Positions 39,445-53,101 of a stretch of 64,000 nucleotides of DNA are shown here, in pieces. A model generated the notes under the pieces. That model was not told the DNA's origin. It did not search any database and saw nothing but the letters and a program-made list of their open reading frames with translations. This DNA comes from Styela clava (lineage: Eukaryota), in the NCBI RefSeq assembly GCF_964204865.1, contig NC_135264.1, forward strand, positions 12,462,001-12,526,000. Reading direction: 5' to 3'. A program made the position numbers and the translations under genes. Position 1 is the stretch's first letter; every line of letters begins with the position of its first letter.

Positions 39445-42400
39445 TATGAAGCAATCTACATCAAAAGAGATTATCATCGCAACAAAAAAATTTTTTGATC
39501 ATCATCATTATCTGTTCTTTTACATAATCAAAAGGCAATTAGAGTCAATTTCAATAAATTTGTGTGAATTTATCCGTATAAAAAATTATTTTGAAAAAAG
39601 GAATAAAATTTATGTTGTGGTAAAATATTTTGTCGTTTTTTCCAGTATGAATATTTTGATAAAACGGGTTGTTTAGATGCAGGCTTTTCACAAATGACGA
39701 AGAGTATTTGATAGCATTGCAGTAAATAATTAGCTCTCAGCACAATAACCCCAGAGCACAACATAAGTTAGATACATTAAAACGGAGAAATAAAAAAAAT
39801 GTTCCTGAAATCATTTCATAAAATTATGGCAATTTTTCTTTTTATTCTTCTTTTGATGACCAAGGGCAAAAATTTCAAACATATAAAGTTTGAATGATGA
39901 ATATATATATATCCTAAATGATCATAAGCTTTACGTATGGGTGAAGCTTATCAACAAAATGTATCTTTAATTAATTTTCTTTTTTTTATTCTATTTGTGA
40001 GCACGAACAATAAGTTCACCAAATGAAATATTATTTAGGGCGATAAATTTGACTAAACAATCAATTGCTGAAATGTTAGAGCTGGGACTAGTTTCTACCC
40101 AATTCTCTATTACCCATTCTTGAAATTAAAAAATAAAGGCTATCGGGTCAAGACCTCTATATGTCAATTCATTTAACAGAAAATCAAAAAGCAAAGTTGA
40201 CTTTTGAGATAAAATTATATCATATATTTGTATTCTCGTTTGAAATATATTTCCGTGCTGCCCGATTCCTATGAACTAAACGTGACACTTTGAATGTTTC
40301 CTAGAAGTACGTTACATTTTGCGAAAAATTATTGGTTGAACATGCAATTGATTTAGTATTTGCACGAAGTTTACGCCCACCGATCTTAAAGTATTGTACT
40401 CCAATATGTATCTGTAGAATATGATGTAATGAAACTCAAATCCATCTTATAGAACAATGTTTAAACACACTGACAAATTTAATGAATACTATATGCTGGT
40501 ATCTAAGAACCAATTTTAAATTACTTCAACAAGAACTATCAATAAATAGTAATTCCTCAAAACGTCTCGCGTTTTCTCATTATTATTTAGAATATTTTTT
40601 AAAGTTATTGACTCTTTTAGTAGCAATTTGTGAAAACAATACAATTTTAGTTCTCATAGTCTATATCTCATTATATGATAGAAACGAGTATTTTAGAAAT
40701 AGGATTTCATCACATAAACTTGGCTAAATCGGTATTTAATTTATCTTTTATGAAGTTAATGTTTTGTTCAACAAGTTAATTGTGAAAACACATAAATAAA
40801 CGCCTTAACGTACAAATATACTAATTCAACAATGATTTCAACAAAAATATAAAATTTAAAAATAAATCACTACTTGCATTTCTTAAGTCGACGGACAAGA
40901 AAAATGTAAAACAAATAAATAACTCGTATCAATTAGTAGAAAAAATTTTCTCGAATTATACAAAAAAACGCTGAAATGATTCTAAAGTAGTGCGCGAAGC
41001 TTGAAGGCAACTAAAAGAAAAAAAAAAACTTTAGAGATTCAATATCGGGTTACATGATTAAAAACTTCGACACCGTGAAACAATGCATGGAATTCGGTCG
41101 CGAAAGTACAGATCATTTAATAACAAGATTCCAACAAAGATTCATACATACAACCATTCACACGCAAACAATATTACATAAATGCATATATTTTCTCTGT
41201 TCGTTTCTTGTTTTCTTAAATAAACCACCACCAACAAATTAAATAAATAATATACAGTTGTGTGAAAATTTAGTATTGTAAGTTTAATATTTTTTTGTCG
41301 GGGGAATTTGTAGAACAGTCTTTAATAAAAATAGAAACTCTTTATTAATAAACAATTGACACATGGTAGTTCAATGTGGCTTTGTTGTTTATTGCCCCTA
41401 GAAAATAATTATTGGCCCTGTTGAATGGAATCAAAACAAAACGCTTGAAAGTTTTCAAGCCATTTATAAACTTTTGCACTTTTTTGGTGACGATTTTTAT
41501 TACATAGAAAAAAATGCATGAGTGTAGCAGTAATCTCAAAAATGTATTAATATAAGTGAACCTTCAAGAAGAACATTTGTTTTTAGTTTTTAAATATTAG
41601 TGGCTTTCCTGTTTGACATGATTTGGGAATTGGAAAGTACCATGTTCTTGTAATAATTCCACGATCGGGAGCCCTAATCTCTAATATTAAATGACGTACA
41701 AAACGCATTGGACAAATCTATTGCCTGCGGTTATTTGCGGTTTAGAATTTCCTATGCAAATTACAATTGCCCAAGAATATTATGAGATAGATGAGACTTG
41801 TCATGTGATTGCAAATTTTTTTTAAAAATTTGTTAGACTTCCGGACTTTTCAGATAAGAATATAAAAGATGAGTAAACTCATACTTCATTTAGATACTAA
41901 GTATTTGTTTTTTTTTTGCTGAAAGTAATGTGGAATATGTCGCAATAAAATTGACGCAATTGTTCCAAAATTACCGATGTTATTGAAATAAGAATAAAGG
42001 TAATTATAATATTAATTTCAGACTTTCTGAATTGAAACAAGTAACATTTTTTGCAAGTAAATTTTTTCATTTGGTTTTTATTGATGAGTTGGGTATATTT
42101 ATCAATAGCCCCTATCTCAGTCTCCTGGTTAGATTTTGGCCTTGTTGTTCAAAAAAATGATCTATAACTGAAAAAGGTTCAAACTTTTAGTGTGTAACAA
42201 ATTTGAGATAAAGTACATGAAACTATCAGTAAATTTGTAATTTTTGAAATGCATTTGGAATAAATTAATTTTTATTATCAAATTTACCAATGCCAAGAAG
42301 TAATATTATGTAAGATTATGATGAGTTCCTATAGACATAAAAATAAAGGCACTTTTAAAATCAATAAAATGAATCTATTACATGACATGAATGTATTTTT

Positions 42401-43454
42401 TTTATATCACTCTTCTAACATTTATGGAAAGTATTTTTCCTATTAAAATTTTAAAAATACAAAAATACGAATGGAGCAAGCAGCAAAATGTGTTTTGGAA
42501 ACAACTATTTTACATAGACGAGGCTAGTTTGTATACTATTCGATAAAAAAAGAATTGTAAATAATTAACGAAAGTTCAAACTGAGAACTAGCTATGTCTG
42601 TCTACATTCGTTCAAAAAATTTGAAATTTTTTTTCGAGTATATTAGCATTTTACATTTTCTCAAGTTCCATTCGAAATTTTCTATTGTCACGAACGTGAA
42701 TGATAACATGACACAACGCGCACGCGATATTTGAATAATTATTATTATCTTGATACTTATGTGCCACATATAGCAACATACTGTAAAAATAAATACAGAG
42801 TAAAAAAGAGAGTGTTTTAACACGATAATTTTTTACGAAAATCCTTTTTTTCGTCACGATTTAGATAAAAATTGGAAAACATCAGAAATCATGTGGTAAT
42901 GAAACTATATGTGACAAGTTTCATATTTGTTGAAAGTCTTACTACGAAAATCGTGAAACAATTTATATTTTATTAATTTTATATTTGTTAAAATTGTAAA
43001 AATTAAGAAATATAAAATGAATGTAGAACATAGTATTGTTGGTCATGATAAATTCAAACAAATTATGTTTAAAAATAAACTACAGGCAATAGGCCGTTTA
43101 TCGGCGTTTTAAAAATAACATGTACCATTTAATATTACAATACGCAATCAACTCATCAAGTATATTTTCATTTATATTTTATTTTTGATATGTTTTTATA
43201 CTAAAATGTTGCATTCAATAAACAAATTGTGCACGTTATTTAGTGAGAGTGTTTTTAATACATGTTTTGGTACTTTTCTCGAAGGGTTTTTAATATTTTT
43301 ACGTAATTCAAAGCCGTTTACATTCGAATAAAAAAATATAGTCACGGGTGGGTCGCAATTCAGAGAAATGGTAAACGAATTTTTCTGTCATCGATCGACA
43401 AGGAAAACTATAAAAATGGCTAAAATTTTCAAAATTCAATATTTTTTCCAGAAT

Positions 43455-43850
43455 TTGATACTTCTGTTCATCTTTGTTCATTATTGTGTGATAACATATT
43501 GCTAGTCTCTAGATGTCAACTTCTCGATCCCACCTAAATGCCAAATTTGTTTATATTCCTTTGTGATTTTTTGTTGGGTTTTCATTCAAACTAAAATCTT
43601 TTTTTTTCTCCTTGTTCGGATATTCACTTCTGAAATAAATACTAAAAAAATGTGAATGCGTAAAATGATGTGAAAATTATACTCTCTTTTACAGGAATTT
43701 AAACAAATCAAGTTAAATCAGCCAGAAGATTCTTCAGCAAAACGCAAATTGGAAAAAAATGCCATACAGTGTTGACAAAGTGTCACTTCTACGAAAATCA
43801 GACCAAGAAAGTCTGGTTCAATGTCTGTGAAAAAGTTTAGACAATCCATA
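43455..43850 (+). pseudogene. Decayed family member related to C
   Basis: TTG ATA CTT CTG TTC ATC TTT GTT CAT TAT TGT GTG ATA ACA TAT TGC TAG TCT CTA GAT GTC...CCT AAA TGC CAA aligns to C exon 1. The start is TTG, there is an in-frame TAG at 43503 and no donor. TATAAAA at about 43409. A possible exon-3 remnant GKKCHTVLTKC lies near 43750. Confidence 0.75.
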
Positions 43851-44692
43851 TTTTTTCCAGTGAAAAGATTTTGCAAAAATAAATCTAGATTTGAAACAAT
43901 CATATTTATATTTGCATTTGGGAGATGTGCACAGTCTTGCAATACTCCATGCAAAATATATTTTAAGTTAATAAGAAAACAGCGCCATCTTGAGTACATA
44001 AATAAATTTTATTGGTGTTTGTTCAGAATACCTCGCATTGTTAGGCGTTCGCAGTTTACAAAACCCGATAATGCCAAGTATGCGCTTCGAAAAGATTATT
44101 AACGTATTCGTCATTTGAATCAAAACTTATTGACGAGGTGTTAGTTAGACAGAAAGAATAGTTACACAGAAAATTACATTTCTCACATAAGGAATAAATT
44201 TCAGATATGATTTTATCAATAAATATGTTATAAATTAAACACTTTAATATTTTGAGCGTATATCTATTTTCTAATTCAAACGAGCTCTGGAAAAACGAGA
44301 TGAAATAGTGAAAAAAAAGATCTGATTTTTAGGAAAATATTTGGAATTGTGTAAGCAAGCGACAGCGCAAGGAAAGAAACGAAATATACCGATCACTATG
44401 ATCAAGGTGGGTTGCTTTGCGAATAATATGAATATTATACTGAAGTATAAAGTAATACTGCATTTCTGAATTATTCATATATATTTATATATATATAGCA
44501 AAATGAGCCAAATAAAAATAGCAAAAACTATCTGCCAAAACTATCTGTAACTGCAGCACAAGAATTTTTACGCATGCTCAACCCGAGGGTGTGATGTAGG
44601 TGTGGCTCCATTATCAGTCATCTTTTAAAAATAACAATCTTGACTTCACAGCATTAATATAGATTGACAATACTTTCGATTGTACACGAATT

Positions 44693-44712
44693 GTAAACAA
44701 TGGAAATTCCCA
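44693..44712 (+). promoter_or_regulatory. Forkhead + NF-kB-type composite motif upstream of D
   Basis: GTAAACAATGGAAATTCCCA (GTAAACA plus the reverse complement of GGGAATTTCC), 19/20 identical to 50466-50485; TATAAA at 44826. Confidence 0.65.
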
Positions 44713-44877
44713 AATCGTTCTTAAAGGAGATTAAATCTTCAGATTGCGGTTTACTCAATTTTCTACGTAAAAGTGGGCTACCATATTTTAATAACAATTA
44801 AAAAACGCTTATGGCAAATCGTATTTATAAAGCTTCTGAGGTAAATATCACCATTTTGCTTTTGAGCTGCCGATGAA

Positions 44878-47800
44878 ATGAAACGGTTTATTCATTTTCT
44901 TGTCTGGCTGTGTGTTGGCGCGGCCTTCTGCTCAGCGGGAGGTCCACCAAGACGGGATAAAGCGCCACCACCACCACCACCAGAATGCCAACTTAAAAGA
45001 CCACCGTAAGTGAACTGCCATTGCTTATATTTTTCAGCGTGTTTATATTTTATAATAATGTAATTATACTTTCCTGGTAATCTAATTCACCCATATTCGT
45101 TTTAATGTAAGTCAAATTGTCCTTAATACGAGCTCGTTAATATCTAGAAAGGTCGTTTAAAAAAAGTTTAAACAAGATGTCCTGTCATTTAATTATTTTT
45201 TATTCATTTCACATTTTTCTAAATATTTTCTAAAAATTATTTTAGATTAAACAATCCGGATCCCTGTCCCATGCATGTCTATTGGGAACACAGATGTTTG
45301 CCTCCGAAACCATGTTTATTTACAATTAAGAAAGGGATTGTAAGAGAAAAAGGCGTGAAACATTACGTGAAACTGTCTCTTCCAGTAACCCACTTATCTC
45401 GGGAATGCAAGTATGTAAAATATCTGTTCTATTAAATGTAATTTTAAAAGTTGCATGTTACTAGATATTCTTCGCTGTTACAATTTTAATAGGACAGCTG
45501 AAAAATCTACGTTACATATTTAAAGTATAGTTTCATAGTTTCAAATTCGTTACACTCGCAAAAAGGTAAGTCGTATTAATCTAATTTTATTTTCAGAAAA
45601 TATGGAAAAATATGTAGTCCTGGAAAAAAATATTGCACATGCCAACACAAGGGAGAGTGGGTTAAGATAAAGGCTTGGGTACTTTGGAAAAAGAACAACT
45701 TTCATATTTCTGCTCTCAAAAAAGTTGAAGCGCTAGTAAGTTAATGAAACGGAAAAAGCCTGACAAGCTTGATTAAAATTATCCTGACAGATATTGTAAT
45801 GGCTTCTGTTTTCAAAATAGAGTTTGCTTGCAACATTGGTCTTAAAAATGGCTATTCAATGTCTTGGGTACTTTGGAAAAAGAACAACTTTCATATTTCT
45901 GCTCTCAAAAAAGTTGAAGCGCTAGTAAGTTAATGAAACGGAAAAAACCTGACAAGCTTGATTAAAATTATCCTGACAGATATTGTAATGGCTTCTGTTT
46001 TCAAAATAGAGTTTGCTTGCAACATTGGTCTTAAAAATGGCTATTCAATGTATCACTAATAAATACTTCGTCATGTAATAAATCACTGTCAACGGATTTA
46101 CTATTCGAATATTAGGTACCACGTGATCTGCGTCGCTTCACTTGGACACAGAACGTCTCTGAACCGATCGTGAATTGCGCGAGAATTCACCTACAACGCT
46201 CGCTAACAGACAAAAGCGACAAATTTGAAAAATCGTCTTTGCGTTGTGGTGTTATTTGTTTTCTTTGCGTTTCGATCGTTCATTTCAATTCCATATGTCG
46301 CACAAAGAGGTACCGACACCGTTCCCTAAATTTAGAAACGTTAAATCAGATGAGGTATTTAAAATAAATATTCCAGATTTTAAACTCTGTGTGATTGGCG
46401 GCACGGGATTAGCCGTTTCATGCATGAACCAAACATAAATTTGTTAAACAAAAATTAAAAGTTGAATTAGCTTTTGCGTGAAACCGTACATAGTATAACA
46501 CGAACAAGCTATGACCAGAAAAGAAATGGCAGGACATAGTTCTTTTAATGTACTTTCAAATAATTCTTTAGTGATCCCTTTCATTCTTGACTAAATAATG
46601 TTTCGAAAGTGTAAACATTTCACTCGGGCATGCATGGCGGGTGGAGTGTAGAAATCGTGAACAGGAGTATGGCGTAAAATCAATCGTGAATTTCGATGTA
46701 ACAACGCGCACTGTCTCGTTTACCAATTGTTTCATCGTCGGAAATGATTACATTCGTTATATTTTGAGCATTTTTGCACTAATAAATAGGGCGTGACATT
46801 ATCAAAATTGTCAAGAGAAGTAAAAGTGAATTCGCAAATTCCGTAAATAAAATCGTGAATTACTCGGTAACGATATTAGCTATAATGATCGCGCGGTTTG
46901 TTGAAAGAAAACGTCGGAACTTGGAAGAGTTAGTTATAATTAGTGCCTGGCCATCTATTATGCACAAAAGTAAAAAAGCGCAATTTTTTTCAGCATTAGG
47001 TCGCATATGTAAATTATTATTCAGGAAGCGCTGTTTATTAACGTCATCTCGTCATATGGCCACGCAGAAATGCCTTTATTGTCGAATTATTTAGTCACTA
47101 TTTTAAATCAACATTCGGGATTGACGCAATCGCAGCTTTGCGAGGTTTATCTGTAAAGTAACATAGACACCATAAAAAAGCATAGCAAAGTTAATTACGG
47201 TATTGTCTTAATAAATATCTACATCCCAGTATCGATAATAATATACCATTCGCTTAATATTGTGACGGTAAATTTACAAACGTTGATAAGTAATATGAGA
47301 GCCAACGCAAATGATAAAAATGAGAATAATATTAATTTGGGTTTTTACATCAATCCTTAATGGTTTTAACAGTTGTTGCCGACGTGACCGCACGGGTAAA
47401 CCCGAAATATAAACGTCGATGTCCGCCGACCCGAAAGAATTAATACTTGCAAATAACAGAACGGTTTTATAAATTATATATCGCCGCAAAAACGGTCACG
47501 GTGACAAAAACAATCAGCGATTATGACGAAATTAACCAGTAAAAAAACGCTTTGTAGCGAATTTTTCAATGTCTTTATTAATTTCCAAAGGGAGTATCGA
47601 CCGACGTTGTAGACCTCCTGTTGTGTATAAAAAAATATTCGTTATTCGGTATTCGTTAAAAATATTCGAACTATTCGATTCGAAAAAAATATTCGATTTT
47701 GCCCACCCCTACATGTGATATATTATACTAAGATTTAATATTTTATCTGAGACTTATATTCTGACTCTTAATCTGTATTTGAATTGTCAGTTATTCCGAG

Positions 47801-48000
47801 ATATATATAAAAATATTTACTATTTTTTTCTGGTAATCTAATCTAATATGTAATTGTGATTACCAAAGCAACCCGTAGTCACATTACTATTTTCTAGCTT
47901 ATCCAATTACATTTTAGCCCTCATTTATTTTAATATTATTTTATAGGTCCCGGGTGGATGTATGTGTGCAAGGAGAAACATAGCATCTTTCGTACCATAA
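44878..48000 (+). CDS. Gene D: secreted short-form family member, 161 aa; exons 44878-45005, 45246-45410, 45597-45735, 47947-48000
   Basis: MKRFIHFLVWLCVGAAFCSA-GGPPRRDKAPPPPPPECQLKRPP|LNNPDPC...LSRECK|KYGKICSPGKKYCTCQHKG...KKVEAL|VPGGCMCARRNIASFVP*. Intron phases 2, 2, 0; 10 Cys. Confidence 0.9.
45674..46051 (+). repeat. 2 x 189-bp tandem duplication spanning the D exon 3 donor
   Basis: CTTGGGTACTTTGG...GGCTATTCAATGT at 45674-45862 and 45863-46051, about one mismatch. Confidence 0.95.
46100..47711. mobile_element. Probable transposon-derived insertion in D intron 3
   Basis: The intron is 2.2 kb versus 76-529 bp in paralogs. It ends in clustered ATTCG motifs and TTTGCCCACCCCTA, resembling the TAGGGCTGGGC...ATCGAATA end at 54864. 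The left terminus was not found. Confidence 0.4.
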
Positions 48001-50465
48001 TATCTTTTTTATCGGATCTTAAATCATATTATGGAAAAAGCGATTTATCAAGTTGACAATAAATAAATTGATATTGATGCATTTTGATTATTTATGTCAT
48101 TCATGTGGATCAGTATTCAATTTGGGCGATTTCGCACCATTTTATTAGAAATGATGAAGAGGTTCATGTCAGTAAAGTTATCACATCACGACTGCGACGA
48201 TATTTCCGTGTTATATGATTTATTCAGACAGCTGAAAATTAGATACAATTCAAAACTAGATACAGAATCCAAAGTATAAATGTAACATGTCGCAGAAATG
48301 AAGGACATGAATAACGAATAGGGTTCTCCACTGAATAAATCATCAACCCAAACAACCCCCTCTCAGAATCGAATTTGCCGAACTTGGAAGATTACTATTC
48401 TCCTGGATACTTAGAAGCTGTGCACAAGTGCAGAAGATGTGCACTTGTTAATGAAAACAAAAAAAAAACTATAGGGAAACTTTAGTTTCCACAAAATTAT
48501 TAAATATATATAGGGGGTAAAACGTCTTAAATACATCTAAAATTGGCAATATGTTTAGTTATGAATGGGACACATGCCCTTTGGTAGAGTAAATAACTGT
48601 ATATAGCATCTAGTTTCTCAGATAACAAAATATAAAAAAATAAGCCTGGCACTGAAAAAAATTCTTCTATGTAAAATCATCAATGAATCAATCATCCAAT
48701 GCGTGGGTACTTCTTCTTCAAGAAAGAGTTCCATGAGAAAGAGTAATTAGTGCGTTAGACTAATGTGGGGTGATGTCAAGTCAGCTAAAGTCTAGTATTT
48801 TTCAGCCATTTTTTCAAGCCAACCAAATTTTGTAAAAAAAAAAGGCATTTAGGGTTTCTATTGCCGCAAAATTAAATTATAAATACAAGATAATCTACAA
48901 ATATTACTCAATACCAAATAAACAATAAAATCTACTAGAAAATAAAATCACTTTTATGTTTTGATTGAAAAACAAAACAACAACGAGCAACCCAGTTTTC
49001 GGTCGCGACCCGAAGGTTGGGGAAAATGAATTAGTCCATTTTACTCTAGGCCTAGGGTGATTATACGCAATGGGGTTTCTTCGTTTATTTTTTCAAATAC
49101 CCAAACTTAGCTTACGTAAATTCATATGTGAACAAATAAGAGATAATCTTCCCTAACCCCGAGCCGAAGACGTGGGTTTCAAATTAAATGACGACATACC
49201 TAAAGGCATCATTTGATAATAAACTGTTTGTCAAGTTGTTTACAGTTTTCTATTACAGCGTCGTCACAAATGCATTTTGGCGTATTCTTATTGGCCACTA
49301 GAATATTTCCCTCGAGTTTCCTAAAGTTGATTGACTTATTATAACATAATTAATATACCACGATAAGAAAAATTTCTTGATGTAGCTGATAGCTTATTTA
49401 AAATTCATAATATGCTAGGATAAGTTTTATTATGAAATTGGCCATAAACTGTGAATTTCAGAAATAATGTCTATTTGTGAACTTTTTATCATTTTGTAAT
49501 GACACATAACGATCTGTGTATACAAGCAATTTGGCAAAGGTGGCAGAAATAAATACAGTTTTAGGAGTATAAATAAGATTTTGTCTGCATTTGCTTTGTC
49601 AAAAATACAAGGAAATTAAAAATCAGGAATTTATTTAGACTGAGCATATATTTTTAGGTAAAAATAACGCATGAGTTGTATAAAAAGACATATTTTGTTT
49701 GATGCTAATCAATAGAAACTTACTTGTACTTCTGGATATATATTGCATATTTTAGCAGTACAGGAAATATAGCAAGCATCATCTTTATTTAAATAATGGT
49801 CACGGTTTCAGGAAATCTTAAAATGCCCAAAAAAATGATCTTATTGTGCTACGCGATTTTTATTCGTTGTCTAGTTAAAATGGCAAAACTAAAGAAAAAA
49901 TGGTGGAACGATATCGGCTATAAAAAAATAACTGTATTAGTGGGATTTTGGGTCCGCGCAAAGCAGTCCTTGGATCAGCGAACCGGTTCTTGTTCTTTTG
50001 CTTTGTCCCTGTTCTGAAATCTGTTGATAGCGAGTTTTACAAAGAAAAACCTGTTTTCAAAATTTCGAATCCCACCACTCACTAACGGGAATATCATCAG
50101 AAATACTATTGTGACAAAACAAGTTGAATGAATGTAATACACGTGGCTAAGATTTGAAGTTTTTCTGTATTTGAATACGGGTAATATGGATAATTTACCA
50201 AAGTACTGTTCTGGTTTATACCAATACCCAGGGGGACTCAGCTTTGCTGGACCATTATCAAGATTCTAGATAATAAAATAAATGTGTGCCGTATACTGGA
50301 GTGAAATAAACATTTAACTACAATTATTAAAATCGAAACCGCGTGGCATTTGTTTTAGTTTCAATTTAGCATGCGTCAACAGCAATGCCGCAAGCAAAGA
50401 TTCCGGAATATATTTTTCCGATCAAATGAACTTTGCACTATTATCGCATGTCAGCAACAATTATC

Positions 50466-50485
50466 GTAAACATTGGAAATTCCCA
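50466..50485 (+). promoter_or_regulatory. Forkhead + NF-kB-type composite motif upstream of E
   Basis: GTAAACATTGGAAATTCCCA, 209 bp before the ATG; TATAAA at about 50540. Confidence 0.65.
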
Positions 50486-50674
50486 TTCTTTCACTAATTC
50501 TACTTATCATACCGCTTCATCTGTAACAAGTACTAGTGTTATAAAGATGTTCTTGAAATCGTCTTTCAGCCTTTAACAATCATGACGAAAATAGGTTTCT
50601 GTGTTTTTTTGAGAATTTATATAATCAGGGTTATGACTATCGAAATCGTCAGTTGCTAAATTTGCTGCGTTAGA

Positions 50675-51719
50675 ATGGAAGTTGCAGTTTTTTGTATTGT
50701 ACTTGCTTGTGTGACTGCGGGTTGGGCTTGGCCGCCTATAGGACCCAAAGACCTGTCTCTGCCTGTTCCTCCGCCGTGCAAACTTAAAATTCCACCGTGA
50801 GTATATAGTTCACTGTCAAAAATATTGGCTCCTAATATTTTGTCTTTCTAATATTTATGAAAATTTTATATTTGTAATATAAATTTTGGTTCAGATGGAA
50901 AAATCCTGAACTTTGTAGCGAGGAGAAAAAGTCTAAATGTTTTCCGAGAACTTGCATCTTTACAATAACGAAGGGATACATTTACAAAAATGGAAAAAAG
51001 AAGGAGGTCAAAATTGCAAGGACGGAAAAGATAAAAGTTGTTGAATGTCGGTAGGTTAAATCCATGTATTGTTATATTACACACATATGTAACTGATTGA
51101 AGAGACTGATCCATGAATTGGCAACTCGGAACTTAGTATGGGCCAAACTGTATTTTGAGTATATTATTCGTACAAACATTTGATAAGATACGAAAGAGTG
51201 CTACTTAATAGAATGTAATTAAATTATATGTAATCAAATTAATTTTCAAATTACATTAATAAAAATAATTACAGGGACTATCTGGATAAATGCGACGCCA
51301 AGTTTTTATTCTCGTGTAGATGTCAACATATGGGAAAAAAAATCTTTAAATTCTTGTATGTCGCAAAGAAAATTAAAGGAAGATGGAAATCTATTAGAAC
51401 TTTGGTTCAAGTCAATGTAAGTCTTGTTAAGTATACAAGCCTTGTGAATGTCATCCTTTCAATGCAGATTTCGTAACAAATATAAATGTCCATTAATGGC
51501 TCAAACACATTTTGACACTTTTGACGCCATTAGAACATTGACACTGCTCAAATGTTACGTAAGTCACCTGTGAGCAAATATCTAAAAAAACGTAATATTT
51601 TTGCAAACTCATTATAAATTGATTAATTTTAGTGATATATAACTCAAAATAATATTTTATTATCACAGATTCCTGATGGATGCATATGTGCCTCACCGCT
51701 CATTGTCGAGATAGATTGA
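50675..51719 (+). CDS. Gene E: secreted, strongly Lys-rich short-form family member, 156 aa; exons 50675-50796, 50895-51050, 51275-51416, 51669-51719
   Basis: MEVAVFCIVLACVTAGWA-WPPIGPK...PPPCKLKIPP|WKNPELC...KNGKKKEVKIARTEKIKVVECR|DYLDKCDAKFLFSCRCQHMG...LVQVN|IPDGCICASPLIVEID*. Intron phases 2, 2, 0. Confidence 0.9.
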
Positions 51720-52790
51720 ACACGGAGTCATAAATTAAATACCAGACGAACGCAGATAAAGTGTCAAAATTATACGCTGAAAATAAATTTATCTTTGCAG
51801 CAATAAACATTGTTATTTTTGTTTCACGCTGAAACTGTATCAGTTAGATATATTATCTTATTTAAATCGTCAAATGGGTTTTTGCCTAACATATTAAGCA
51901 GAATTTCATATTTTCCGTTGATTGTGACTTTGTCGGTAAGGTTGTGCGAGGCCTAGCAATAATAAATATAACAATTTCGAAAAATTGTCAATATCTACCA
52001 CAAAATCCATTTTATACCAGTTTTCAGTCACCAGCTGTAAATTACTTTATCAGTCATCAGGGGGTTTTACGTTGCAACTATTGAGAACCTCAGCATTTCA
52101 AGCCATTTGCTGTCAAACGTACCAAGATCATATATACCGGTATATGGTATATGTATGGATAGTACATGCACTGCCTCTCTATTTTACAAATTAACATACA
52201 GACACAGCATGAAATGTCTAGTTACCGACAAGAAGCAATCCTTCAAATAAACCAAGTGATACTAACTGCATTTCAGTTTGTTTGATACAAAAATAAAGTA
52301 TATTTTGCAACGTTTTTGAAAAAATATTCAAAATGAAATTTGCAAAAATATATTCCCACAAATCATAGGTTATAGCAAGTCATAATCGTTTTATTAAAAT
52401 TATGACAGAAAATATAATCTCACCTGTCGGATAAAGCCTTTTCAGTAAACCTTTTATCGACTTCTGTAGCAATCTTAAAAGCTTAGCACTAGCAGTATCT
52501 CTTCAAGCCCATCTACTTTTATAAGTAAAATATAGCCTAACGCTAAAAATTAGAAAAGCAAGAAATTAATTCTCAAATATGAAGACACGAAGGTAGCAAA
52601 CATATACCGATATAGCATGGCCTGAGCACAATGAGCTGAAAATATTGGGGAACAAGTGTAACGGAGACGTTGAACACGACGAAATGAAATTTTTTTTTTA
52701 ATCAAAAAACAGCAATACATATAAAAGCTATATTTTTCTTCGATTTCGGAGTACCGAAAAAAGAAAATCAATTGTTCTATAAGTCTAGAA

Positions 52791-53101
52791 AAGGGGTTCT
52801 TAAACTTTTAAGCTGCGCCCCCTTTTTAGGATTTGTCGAGTCTCGCGTTCCACATAAAAAATAACTAGCTGACAATAAATTACAAATAACAGATAGTAAG
52901 GCAAAAGTATGTTTTATTAAAAAACACGTTGAAAATACGAGGATGAAACGTAAATATCCAAACTAAAGAAATATTAATATCCGAAATAAGGCGGGCAAAA
53001 TCAAATCTAAAAATATTTTTATTTTTAATTACCTTCACGTTTCCTCAAAAAATTGTCTACGTCCCCCTAGTTGGGCGCGTCCCATCATATGGGAACCACT
53101 T
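52791..53101. mobile_element. Charlie-type hAT MITE
   Basis: Ends AAGGGGTTCT / GGAACCACTT, TSD GTCTAGAA / GTCTAGGA (NTCTAGAN pattern). Confidence 0.7.

Larger units (their letters stand above)
20890..41210 (+). repeat. Tandem array of about three C-gene units (period 7307 bp C2-C3, 7835 bp C3-C4)
   Basis: Upstream spacer, gene and downstream spacer are each repeated. Period differences are largely explained by unit-specific insertions. Confidence 0.92.

Noticed and set aside
41600-41950. Promoter-like stretch (GGAAAGTACC, TGACGTA, TATAAAAG)
   Set aside because: No downstream signal-peptide exon could be found, and such motifs alone are expected by chance in AT-rich DNA.
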